A DNA stretch of 63,635 nucleotides, taken from assembly GCA_030633305.1 (NCBI GenBank), contig DAOVTB010000003.1, forward strand, positions 1-63,635. The letters run 5' to 3'. Position numbers and translations under genes: made by a program. The notes beneath the pieces were generated by a model. That model was not told the DNA's origin. It saw only the letters and a list, made by a program, of their open reading frames with translations, and ran no database searches. The stretch is from Candidatus Muiribacteriota bacterium. Lineage in GTDB: Bacteria > Muiribacteriota > DAOVTB01. This document shows, one piece after another, positions 49,087-57,741 of the stretch (the first letter of the stretch is position 1; every line of letters starts with the position of its first letter).

Positions 49087-49089
49087 GAA

Positions 49090-49120
49090 TCTCGCGCAGA
49101 GACCGCTGAGGTCGCGGAGA
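49090..49120 (+). other. GC-rich hairpin directly after the stop codon
   Basis: TCTCGCG CAGA GACC GCTGA GGTC CGCG(G)AGA nested stems; followed by AAAAG, so not a canonical terminator. Confidence 0.4.
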
Positions 49121-49141
49121 AAAGATTAGACAGGATTAACA

Positions 49142-49217
49142 AGATGGGGTCACATGGAACTTTTGTGAACTTGATGTTCAAGTTCATGCAAAGTTGCTTT
49201 GACCCCTGCGCCAACTT
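49142..49217 (+). repeat. family A hairpin element, full copy
   Basis: AGATGGGGTCACATGGAACTTTTGTGAACTTGATGTTCAAGTTCATGCAAAGTTGCTTTGACCCCTGCGCCAACTT; differs from 32621-32695 only in the loop, one inserted C and one A/G change. Confidence 0.85.
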
Positions 49218-49238
49218 AGTTGTTTTCTCAAAAATTGA

Positions 49239-49433
49239 TTATTGATTTTTTTGTCCGGCCTTATAACCATTTACATAAGCATAAGGGATTATACCGCACA
49301 TACAACCGATTGCAGCACCAATTATTACAGCAATATTATTTAATCCCATATATGTAAATAATGACAGTGCTAACAAAAATCCTAAGATGCCGGACATTGC
49401 ATATTTAAATCCTTTGAATATTGGTCCACTCAT
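49239..49433 (-). CDS. small two-TM membrane protein
   Basis: 64 aa, AGGAG RBS 7 nt upstream, two Gly-rich hydrophobic helices. Confidence 0.5.
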   Translation of the reverse strand: MSGPIFKGFKYAMSGILGFLLALSLFTYMGLNNIAVIIGAAIGCMCGIIPYAYVNGYKAGQKNQ

Positions 49434-49563
49434 TGTATTTCTCCTTCAGATATTTTCTTTTGGTATTTTAGCATACTAATTTTGGTAAAACAATTTTATT
49501 GATTTATGGTATAAAAATATTTTTTTTGCTAAAATATAAATAAAATAACGTTAGGGTTATGAT

Positions 49564-50472
49564 ATGAAAATTTTAATCGTTGATAACGATAAGAGTATTA
49601 TTGAAACAATAGAAGAATTACTGGAAGTAAAAGGTTATCATGAATATATGACTGCCGAAAATGGAATGGATGGTCTTGAGAAATTCCATAATTATAATCC
49701 TGATTTGATACTTACTGATATCGTGATGCCTAAAAAGAATGGACTGGATCTTTTAAAGAAGGTAAAACGTGAAAATCCAGAAACTATTGTTATCATAGTA
49801 ACTTGTGCTGGTAGCACTGATAATATTGTGAAAGCATTGGAATTCCATGCAGATAATTTTTTAAAAAAACCGTTTGAACCAAGGCAGCTTGAAAAGTTAT
49901 TGATAAAGTATAAAAAAATAATCAGTGATAAAGAGAAACTCCATGATATTGAGCATCATGTTACTTCAAGTGAAATGAGAATTGATTTTGAAAATGATAT
50001 ATTCAAAATTGGTAGTTTAGTAAATTTCTTGATAAGACAGTGTGGAAGTAATATAGGGTGTGAAGAAAAACATAAGGTAAGGCTTGGATTGTATGAACTT
50101 ATAATGAATGCAGTAGAACATGGGAATTTTGGGATTACATATGAAGATAAAACCCGGCTTCTCAGATCAGAAGGAGATGAAGATTTAAGAGATTATTATA
50201 AACAAAAGATGTCAGATCCTGAATTTAATCAAAGGAAAGTCAATGTAAGATTTTGTATGAATATGGAGAATCTTGAGTGGACCATAAGTGATGAGGGAGA
50301 AGGTTTTGACTGGAAAAATATAAAAAATCCCATGGAAGATGGACATTATGATTTTCATGATCGAGGTATATATCTGGCAAAATATCAGTTTGATGAAATG
50401 GAATATCTTGGAAATGGGAATGTAGTCAGGGTATGTAAAAAACGTCAGAAATTATTCCCAGGGGAACATTAG
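49564..50472 (+). CDS. response regulator receiver fused to a GHKL ATPase (RsbW/SpoIIAB-like) domain
   Basis: Receiver ILIVDND..LILTDIVMPKKNG..K; C-terminal N-box ELIMNAVEHGN and G1 box DEGEGFD; no DHp/His-phosphotransfer region seen. Confidence 0.7.
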   Translation: MKILIVDNDKSIIETIEELLEVKGYHEYMTAENGMDGLEKFHNYNPDLILTDIVMPKKNGLDLLKKVKRENPETIVIIVTCAGSTDNIVKALEFHADNFLKKPFEPRQLEKLLIKYKKIISDKEKLHDIEHHVTSSEMRIDFENDIFKIGSLVNFLIRQCGSNIGCEEKHKVRLGLYELIMNAVEHGNFGITYEDKTRLLRSEGDEDLRDYYKQKMSDPEFNQRKVNVRFCMNMENLEWTISDEGEGFDWKNIKNPMEDGHYDFHDRGIYLAKYQFDEMEYLGNGNVVRVCKKRQKLFPGEH

Positions 50473-51258
50473 TGACGCAGTCTTTATTTTCTGGCCAAGA
50501 AAAAGAGAAGCATTTTGTACAAAAGATTCTGTATCATCACTGACATAAAAAGTCAGTTTTTTACCACTACTTTTTTTTCTCAGTCTTTTTTCGCGGGATA
50601 AAATATTTCTCACTGCAATGGCTGTTTCCTTTCCGCAATCAACTATTTTGAATGAATCCTTGAAAGTCTTCCCAATGGCTTTTTTTATTATTGGATAGTG
50701 GGTGCATCCAAGAAGAAGTGTATCAATATTTTTATCGAGAAATGTATCAAGATAATGATGAATGATCTGGGTAATAAAATCACCTTCAACAAAACCTTCC
50801 TCGATAAATGGAACAAAAAGAGGACATGGTTCTGAAAAAACATTAATCTTTGAGTTTATTTCTTGAAGAACTTTTTGAAAAGCACCACTTTTTATAGTAG
50901 TTTTAGTTCCGATAACACCAATATTGTTATTTTCTGTAACAACAGAAGCCGATCTGGCGCCGTATTCGGTTACTCCGACAATATCAAGACTCTTGAATTT
51001 ATTTCTGATATGCTCCAGTGCAATTGAAGATGAAGTAAAACAAGCATCCACAACGATTTTAACATTCTTTTTTTGAAAAAAACTGGTGATCTCTTCAGAA
51101 TATTCTCTGATAAGTTCAGGAGATTTTCCGCCATATGGAACACGGGCTGTATCCCCAAAATAGATAAAATCCTCATCGGGTAAAATTTTGATAAGTTCTT
51201 TTAGTACAGTAAGACCGCCAATACCTGAATCAAAAATACCAATCGGTTTATTATCCAT
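50452..51258 (-). CDS. murI: glutamate racemase
   Basis: IGIFDSGIGGLTVL, DACFTSS, LLGCTHYP motifs. Confidence 0.9.
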   Translation of the reverse strand: MDNKPIGIFDSGIGGLTVLKELIKILPDEDFIYFGDTARVPYGGKSPELIREYSEEITSFFQKKNVKIVVDACFTSSSIALEHIRNKFKSLDIVGVTEYGARSASVVTENNNIGVIGTKTTIKSGAFQKVLQEINSKINVFSEPCPLFVPFIEEGFVEGDFITQIIHHYLDTFLDKNIDTLLLGCTHYPIIKKAIGKTFKDSFKIVDCGKETAIAVRNILSREKRLRKKSSGKKLTFYVSDDTESFVQNASLFLGQKIKTASLMFPWE

Positions 51259-51262
51259 AAGA

Positions 51263-53314
51263 TTACTTTATATTAGTTTTTATTTTCCTTATTGTTGTAT
51301 TCGCCCAGTATTTTGCATTTTTACTTTCGATTTTCATTACTATCTGTAATGCTGGGAGTGCTTGTTTTCCTAGTTCTACCAAGACATCACTACAGTATTT
51401 TCTAATTGACCATTCGTCTGATATCAGACCTTCGCATAATGGCTTTATAGCATTTTTTCCAATATTACTAAGTGCTTTTTTTATTTCATCGATTAACTTA
51501 TCTTCCTCTGTTACAAACATTGGGATAAGGAGTTTTGCAGTTTCTGAAGAAATTCCTTCAGAAAGGATTTGTACATAATAAGCAGCTATTTTTGGCTTTT
51601 CAAGGTTAGTAACTCTTTTTTTGACCAATGGCAGGATGTTTTCAACATTCTTTTTGATTATATCGACAAACCACTGGGCAACATCATCTCTTTCATAGGG
51701 GAGCAGGTTAAGCATTAATTCCAATCCTTTTTTGCTCCTTAACTTGCCAAGTGCAGTAGCACTGTATTTTTTCACCCAGGAATTCATTTCATTTTTTAAT
51801 GAATCCAGAAGAGAAGGAATAGCTCTGGAATCTCCTATTTCAGCCAGAGCAAATGCGGCGTACAGTTTCATTTCTTTATCTTTTGTTTCTTTTAAAACAT
51901 TTGCAAGAACAGGAACTGCAGAATCACCAATATTGGAAATTACCCAGTTGCACCAATATTTGATATCAGGATCTGGACTATTGAGATATTTCACAAGTTC
52001 TGTAAGTGAAATATTACCAATTCTGACAAGAGTCTCGGCGGCTTGTAACCTGATATGCCATGAATCATCAGTAAGGCAGTTTATCAGTGGAACAACACTT
52101 CTTATATTTGGCGATTCGGCAAGGCAGGCGATTGCAAGATATCTGATATCAGAATCTTTATCGGCCAGTGCTGAAATAAGAGGCAATATTGCATCATCAC
52201 CGATCATTCCAAGAGTTTTTGCTGCCCAGTATCTTACGTTTTCGTCCTTATCTCTTATACATACTTTTAATCGTTCAATATTGTGTTTTCCGCTTAATTC
52301 AACGATAGCGTTTGCAGCTTCTTTGCGGAGTTTCCAGTTTTTGCTTGCAAGTAATCTAAAGATCTGGTCAGTTGCATTTTCTATTTTTAGTTTCCCAATA
52401 AATGTCAGAGCAAGACTTTTGATTTCGTCATCCGGATCATCAAGCAGGTCGATGAGTTGAAACTTTATATCATCCTGATTTATGTTCATTAGTAATTTTT
52501 CAACAATAAAAGGAATTGAACCAACATCTTTTCTAACAAGGTTCAATAATTTTCTTATAACCCCAGAACCAAGATCACTGATAATCGAACTTACAATGAA
52601 AAAATTTCTTTCGTTATAGTTTTTTTCGAGTAATTCAACAAGAAAATCTATTATGGGAGGACCGTAATTTTTTATACTTTGGACTGCCATTGTTCTGACA
52701 CTCCAGTTTTTATCCTCTAGTAATTTTATTAGTATTGGAAGAGCTTTTACACTTTTTACTTCTCCGAGTGATTTTGCAGCATAAAACCTGATTTTTTTTC
52801 CTCGTGATTTTGAGAGGCTCGCTAAATATGGAATTGAAACATCTCCAAATCTACCAAGGAGTATTGTAACCCAGTAACGTATATCTTCATTTTTACTTTT
52901 GGTGTATGGCTCAAGTTCTTTTATTACGCCTTTTCCAAGTTTTACAAGACTGTTTACTATTTCGTTTGATACTTTCCATTTCTCTTTTCCGAGCCTTGTA
53001 AGCAGTAGTCTTGTACAACGCTGACTTTTAATTTCGCCAAGAGTCCCTATTGCAGCAAGTTTAATGCCGATATCATCTGAAGAAAGGAGCTTTTCGAGAT
53101 ATCTGATTGAAGGGAGACCAATCATACCCATTACACGTATTGACCAGTAACACACATCTGAATTTGGGCTGAATACAGCTTTTGCAAGATACGGAAGTAT
53201 CATTTCTCCAAATTCAGAAAGAATAAGAGCCGTTTTCTGCCTGACTATCCAGGATTCACTTCCGAGATTTTTAATCAGTGATTTGACAGTATTTACACTA
53301 TAATCTTTAGCCAT
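51263..53314 (-). CDS. HEAT-repeat (PBS-lyase-type) protein
   Basis: About 20 repeats of the W.VR..A...LG.IGD..A...L pattern across 683 aa. Confidence 0.8.
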   Translation of the reverse strand: MAKDYSVNTVKSLIKNLGSESWIVRQKTALILSEFGEMILPYLAKAVFSPNSDVCYWSIRVMGMIGLPSIRYLEKLLSSDDIGIKLAAIGTLGEIKSQRCTRLLLTRLGKEKWKVSNEIVNSLVKLGKGVIKELEPYTKSKNEDIRYWVTILLGRFGDVSIPYLASLSKSRGKKIRFYAAKSLGEVKSVKALPILIKLLEDKNWSVRTMAVQSIKNYGPPIIDFLVELLEKNYNERNFFIVSSIISDLGSGVIRKLLNLVRKDVGSIPFIVEKLLMNINQDDIKFQLIDLLDDPDDEIKSLALTFIGKLKIENATDQIFRLLASKNWKLRKEAANAIVELSGKHNIERLKVCIRDKDENVRYWAAKTLGMIGDDAILPLISALADKDSDIRYLAIACLAESPNIRSVVPLINCLTDDSWHIRLQAAETLVRIGNISLTELVKYLNSPDPDIKYWCNWVISNIGDSAVPVLANVLKETKDKEMKLYAAFALAEIGDSRAIPSLLDSLKNEMNSWVKKYSATALGKLRSKKGLELMLNLLPYERDDVAQWFVDIIKKNVENILPLVKKRVTNLEKPKIAAYYVQILSEGISSETAKLLIPMFVTEEDKLIDEIKKALSNIGKNAIKPLCEGLISDEWSIRKYCSDVLVELGKQALPALQIVMKIESKNAKYWANTTIRKIKTNIK

Positions 53315-53849
53315 TTGTTTTTACCTTTGTATAAAAAACTTTACCCTCTCCGGTTTCACAGTAATCTACTTTTATTCTGTATCCATCAAGAGAATCTATA
53401 AATTTGCCTCTGTAATCAGGTCTCACAGGGATTTCCCTGACACCTGTTTCAATAAGTGAAACCAGTTTAATTGCCTTTGGGCGACCAATATCCATTATTG
53501 CCTCAACTGCAGAAAATCCAGTTCTTCCTGAATATACAATGTCATCAACTACGATAACTATTTTTCCTTTGATTGAGCAGGGAATCTGGGTTGAATGAAT
53601 AACAGGTCTGAACATGTGCTCAGTAAAATCGTCTTTATACAATGAGATATCCAGTTCGCCAAAGGATATTTCCTGTTTCATAATCGATTCAAGCTCTTTT
53701 TTCAATTTCAATGCAGGTGCTAAACCACCTGTTTTTACTCCGATTAAGATTATTGCATCGTCGCTTTTTAAATCTTCGACAAGCTGATATGCAATTCGCG
53801 TTATCATTCTTTCAATATCCTGCTTATTGAAAAGAATTTTACCGTCCAT
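53307..53849 (-). CDS. pyrR: bifunctional pyrimidine operon regulator / uracil phosphoribosyltransferase
   Basis: IERMITRIAYQLVE, LDISLYKDD, VIVVDDIVYSGRT PRPP loop, REIPVRPDYRGK. Confidence 0.88.
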   Translation of the reverse strand: MDGKILFNKQDIERMITRIAYQLVEDLKSDDAIILIGVKTGGLAPALKLKKELESIMKQEISFGELDISLYKDDFTEHMFRPVIHSTQIPCSIKGKIVIVVDDIVYSGRTGFSAVEAIMDIGRPKAIKLVSLIETGVREIPVRPDYRGKFIDSLDGYRIKVDYCETGEGKVFYTKVKTNG

Positions 53850-53978
53850 AACCTATTCTCCAGAAAAGTTTTTATTAATTATATCATATAGTTTATATAG
53901 GTGCTACTATAACGTGATGAAAAAAGGTATAAATTAATAGTTAATTTGATTTGTAGTTGTTGGAAAGAAGGTATAAAG

Positions 53979-54200
53979 ATGTTCATGTTTCGTATGATGA
54001 CAGTGATGTTTTTATTTATGGCGATGATTGGTTTTGGGATATGCTGGTGGATGAGCCAGAGACATGAACATATTCAAACATATGTTGAGACTGAATGTGT
54101 GATCCAATACTCTGGAGAAAGTTCTTATGTGGAAAAAAATGGGGACCAGGTTTGGATGCTTCACCCGGTCAGGTGTGAAATTTTAAATTTGCTGGTCTGA
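53979..54200 (+). CDS. small membrane protein
   Basis: ATG at 53979 after GAAGG; one TM helix MMTVMFLFMAMIGFGICWWM. Confidence 0.35.
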   Translation: MFMFRMMTVMFLFMAMIGFGICWWMSQRHEHIQTYVETECVIQYSGESSYVEKNGDQVWMLHPVRCEILNLLV

Positions 54201-54229
54201 AAATCCGAGAATTTTTAGGAGAAAAATTT

Positions 54230-54997
54230 ATGAAAAAATCTATTTTCTTATTTCTGATCATTGCTTTTTTATCGAATTCTGTGTTTTGCAAGATAAGGAC
54301 TATCCATGTATTTGTAGCACTTTGTGATAATGAACATCAGGGTATTGTACCGGTGAGTAAAAATCTTGGGAATGGAAAAAAACCTGATAAAAATCTTTAT
54401 TGGGGTGCAATGTATGGAATCAAATCTTATTTCAGATACAGGACTAAAGATTGGAAATTCCAAAAGTGTATTCCAATAAAATCTCAGAAAATACTTCAAA
54501 GGGTGCTTTTCAAACACGCAACAAAACAAGTTTTTTTACTGGCAGATGCCTATGATGGTGAAAAAATTAAAAATTGTATTGAGGATTTCCTTACATGCTC
54601 AAATGGGCAAACCTCTATCCAAGTAAAACATGGATCTTTAAATCTGAAATTTGGCGGTAAATCAGATTTATTATCCTATATTGGCCACGATGGACTTATG
54701 GAATTTAATGTGAAAGTAAAATATAAACCGATTTTTGGAAAAGCAAAAGATATCATTGTGCTTGCCTGTTACAGTAAACACTTTTTTTCTCCAGAGGTTA
54801 GAAAGGCCGATGCGAATCCAGTTTTATGGACAACTCATTTAATGGCTCCAGAAGCTTATACACTTAAATCTGCAATTGACGGATGGATCCTAAACGAATC
54901 GGGGACTAAAATTGATGAGAGAGCAGCAAGAACATACAATCAATATCAAAAATGTGGTCTTCGAGGAGCAAGACGACTATTTACCACAGGCTTTTAG
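54230..54997 (+). CDS. hypothetical exported protein
   Basis: Signal peptide MKKSIFLFLIIAFLSNSVFC; ordered His (YIGHDG) then Cys (VLACYS) about 35 aa apart. Confidence 0.5.
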   Translation: MKKSIFLFLIIAFLSNSVFCKIRTIHVFVALCDNEHQGIVPVSKNLGNGKKPDKNLYWGAMYGIKSYFRYRTKDWKFQKCIPIKSQKILQRVLFKHATKQVFLLADAYDGEKIKNCIEDFLTCSNGQTSIQVKHGSLNLKFGGKSDLLSYIGHDGLMEFNVKVKYKPIFGKAKDIIVLACYSKHFFSPEVRKADANPVLWTTHLMAPEAYTLKSAIDGWILNESGTKIDERAARTYNQYQKCGLRGARRLFTTGF

Positions 54998-55112
54998 TAA
55001 ATTATATTCATTTCTAGGAGGTGTCAAATTTGCCCCTTCGCTATATCTATGATATTATATCAAAAAATATAACATTGTCAGACATCGTTGTGGTGTTTTG
55101 ATGGAGGAAATT

Positions 55113-56738
55113 ATGGAAAGAGGTATTAGTGTTTTAGGGACTTTAGCCCTATTGCTTATTGCATTTTTTATGTCCAATAACAAGAAAAAAATTGATTTCA
55201 AACTTGTTATCTGGGGAGTGGGGTTACAGACACTTTTTGCTGTACTCATTTTAAAAACAGATGCTGGACGTGAATTATTTGCTTTTTTTAATGATGTTAT
55301 CTGTGGTCTTTTGGATCTTGCACAAAAAGGTGCTGGTTTTGTATTTGGTGGTCTTATCAATAATACAGTTCCTATAGGAACGGGGTTTGTTGGTGATGCT
55401 CCACTTCAGGCTGTCCAGCCGAATACCGTTGCCTATACTGGTGCGATGTTTGCTTTTAAAGTGTTGCCTACAATAATCTTTTTTTCTTCCTTGATGGCTG
55501 TTTTATACCATCTTGGTATTATGCAGAAAATAGTTTCTGTTGTAGCAAGATGTATGGCTTTTACAATGAAGACTTCTGGTTCTGAATCTTTGAGTGCTGC
55601 AGCAAATATATTTGTTGGTCAGACTGAAGCACCTCTGGTTATTAAACCATATTTGAAAAAAATGACTAATTCTGAGCTCATGGCAATCATGACTGGTGGA
55701 ATGGCAACTGTTGCCGGTGGAGTTATGGCTGCTTATGTTGCAATGTTGAAGGATTATTTTCCAAACATTGCAGGCCATTTGATGGCTGCATCTATAATGA
55801 GTGCCCCCGCCGCACTTATTATTGCAAAGATTATGATTCCTGAAACTGAAGTATCAGAGACGAAAGGCGTTATAAAGACTAATATGGAGAAATTAGATCC
55901 AAATGTTATCGGTGCTGCTGCACGTGGTGCTGGCGAAGGTCTTCAACTTGCTCTTAACGTTGGTGGTATGCTCATGGCTTTTATTGCACTTGTAGCACTC
56001 GGCGACAAAATGATTGGACTGACTGGACATGCAGCGTCATATCTAAAAGGAATGGACCCATATGGGATGTATGTAAGGACGTCTGATATAAAGAAACCTC
56101 TTTTAATAGGAGATTACATAACTGTAAAAAAAGTTCCTGAAAAGGGTGATATGAAACTGAAAATAACATCTGTAGATAATAAAGGTGATAGAACTCTTCT
56201 TGGATTTACATCTAATACTGCAGTTTATGAAAATCATAAAAATTTATCCTTTGTAATTGATGGAAAGACAAAAAAGGTTAAGAAAGGCGAAAAAGAAGAA
56301 CCAGGATCAAATCCAGTGATTCAGAAAGGAACTGGAAAAGATTTACAATTTGCGGGTGCTTTCCAGTGGTCGCTTGCAGCAATCTTTGGTTTTGTTTTTG
56401 CTCCTCTTGCATTCCTCATGGGTGTACCCTGGGTTGATTGTAAGTTTATTGGTTATCTTTTTGGTGAAAAAATTGTTCTCAATGAATTTGTTGCATATGG
56501 TCATCTAGGCCAGGTACTTGCAAGTGGAAAGGTTGTTCTTCAGGAACGATCAATTATTATTGCAACTTATGCACTTTGTGGATTTGCAAACTTTTCCTCA
56601 ATTGCAATTCAAATTGGTGGAATTGGCGCGATTGCACCAAGCAGAAAGGCTGATCTTGCTAAACTTGGTATGAAGAGCATGATTGCTGGTGCGCTGGCGG
56701 CATTTATGACGGCGACAATAGCAGGAATGATAATCTAA
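55113..56738 (+). CDS. nupC: NupC/CNT family nucleoside transporter with ~100-aa internal insertion
   Basis: MERGISVLG..SNNKKKI N-terminus, GQTEAPL, FAPLAFLMGVPW, NEFVAYGHL; ATG at 55113, 5 nt after GGAGG. Confidence 0.85.
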   Translation: MERGISVLGTLALLLIAFFMSNNKKKIDFKLVIWGVGLQTLFAVLILKTDAGRELFAFFNDVICGLLDLAQKGAGFVFGGLINNTVPIGTGFVGDAPLQAVQPNTVAYTGAMFAFKVLPTIIFFSSLMAVLYHLGIMQKIVSVVARCMAFTMKTSGSESLSAAANIFVGQTEAPLVIKPYLKKMTNSELMAIMTGGMATVAGGVMAAYVAMLKDYFPNIAGHLMAASIMSAPAALIIAKIMIPETEVSETKGVIKTNMEKLDPNVIGAAARGAGEGLQLALNVGGMLMAFIALVALGDKMIGLTGHAASYLKGMDPYGMYVRTSDIKKPLLIGDYITVKKVPEKGDMKLKITSVDNKGDRTLLGFTSNTAVYENHKNLSFVIDGKTKKVKKGEKEEPGSNPVIQKGTGKDLQFAGAFQWSLAAIFGFVFAPLAFLMGVPWVDCKFIGYLFGEKIVLNEFVAYGHLGQVLASGKVVLQERSIIIATYALCGFANFSSIAIQIGGIGAIAPSRKADLAKLGMKSMIAGALAAFMTATIAGMII

Positions 56739-56742
56739 TTTT

Positions 56743-56863
56743 CTGCGTCCTGAATGAGCGAAGCTAGAATTTTTTTGCATCTGAATAAACCTCAACGTAT
56801 GAGAATACGCCTCGGTTTATTCAGATACAAAGAAAATCCAATCTTCATCTCATTCAGAACGCA
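56743..56863 (+). repeat. family C element, copy 3
   Basis: CTGCGTCCTGAATGAGCGAAGCTAGAATTTTTTTGC ... AAAATCCAATCTTCATCTCATTCAGAACGCA with internal 13-bp hairpin ATCTGAATAAACC/GGTTTATTCAGAT; begins 5 nt after the nupC stop. Confidence 0.85.
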
Positions 56864-57007
56864 TAATAACAAAAATACCAAACGCTTATTCTAGCGACGT
56901 TCAAAATAATGTAATGCAAATTTGACAGCATACTGCGCGCTAACGCTGCAGTATAAGAGAAAACAATAAAGACTAATTGTAAAAAAACTATAGGGGCGAA
57001 CCACTTA

Positions 57008-57216
57008 GACTGTGTCACAATTAAAAAATAAGATACAATTGGACCACTAAAAACACGAAGAGAATAAAAAAAAATACGAAAAGGTAAGTTTGAAAAGTCT
57101 TGTTATTGTTGTCATTACCCGACTTGATCCGAAGGCGGCCCCCGGGTAATCTATTTCAATTGATAAAGTCATTAAAATGGATCCCCGGGTCAAGCCCGAG
57201 GATGACGGAGGGATTG
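57008..57216 (+). repeat. family B copy 2 (57111-57216) inside a segment bounded by 14-nt inverted repeats
   Basis: GACTGTGTCACAAT at 57008-57021 and ATTGTGACACAGTC at 57203-57216; the inner part aligns with 15000-15120 and also holds a CAC-word tract at 57041-57070. Confidence 0.7.
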
Positions 57217-57252
57217 TGACACAGTCTGCCTGTGCCTGCCCGAGATATTTGT

Positions 57253-57732
57253 TTAGGACATTTTTAAAGCAAGATAAAGAGAAAAAGTATACTGTCCTTT
57301 GTCGCCGACTTTGAAATTGAGCTTTAAAACAGGAATATCTTTTATAGTAAATTCGATCTGATCACCAGCGGTAAAAATACTTACAGGTGAAAGATCAACT
57401 TTTAAACCGATCTCACCAAGTTTCTTCTGAGCTGTACCAGTTATTCTGGAAGTAAGTTCAAACAATGCATTTTTCACATGATTATCTGCTTCAGAAAATT
57501 GTAGTCCGCAATATATATTTTCAACTATTTTAAGTGCAGATTTTAAATCAAATTCCAGTATTATTTGACCTTCGATATCTCCTATTGCACCCATTAAGAG
57601 CGTTATTCCATCAGTACAGAAAGACGCAGGGACAAGAGTTATCATATTTCGTTCAATTGGAAAATTTACGAATTCATTAAAAACCTGATCAACAGATTCT
57701 ATAAAGGGGTTTAAATAAGTTGCATCTGCCAT
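57253..57732 (-). CDS. CheX-like chemotaxis protein (phosphatase motif degenerate)
   Basis: Aligns by eye with T. maritima CheX (GAIGDIEGQIILEF..SALKIV; DLSPVSIFTAG); where CheX has the ExxN signature, this protein reads ELTS. Confidence 0.6.
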   Translation of the reverse strand: MADATYLNPFIESVDQVFNEFVNFPIERNMITLVPASFCTDGITLLMGAIGDIEGQIILEFDLKSALKIVENIYCGLQFSEADNHVKNALFELTSRITGTAQKKLGEIGLKVDLSPVSIFTAGDQIEFTIKDIPVLKLNFKVGDKGQYTFSLYLALKMS

Positions 57733-57741
57733 AATGATTCC

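Noticed and set aside
53850-53945. PyrR-binding attenuator hairpin in the pyrR leader (also checked the nupC leader, 54998-55112)
   Set aside because: No match to the conserved PyrR box (UCCAGAGAGG-type) was seen, and there is no terminator/antiterminator alternative structure.
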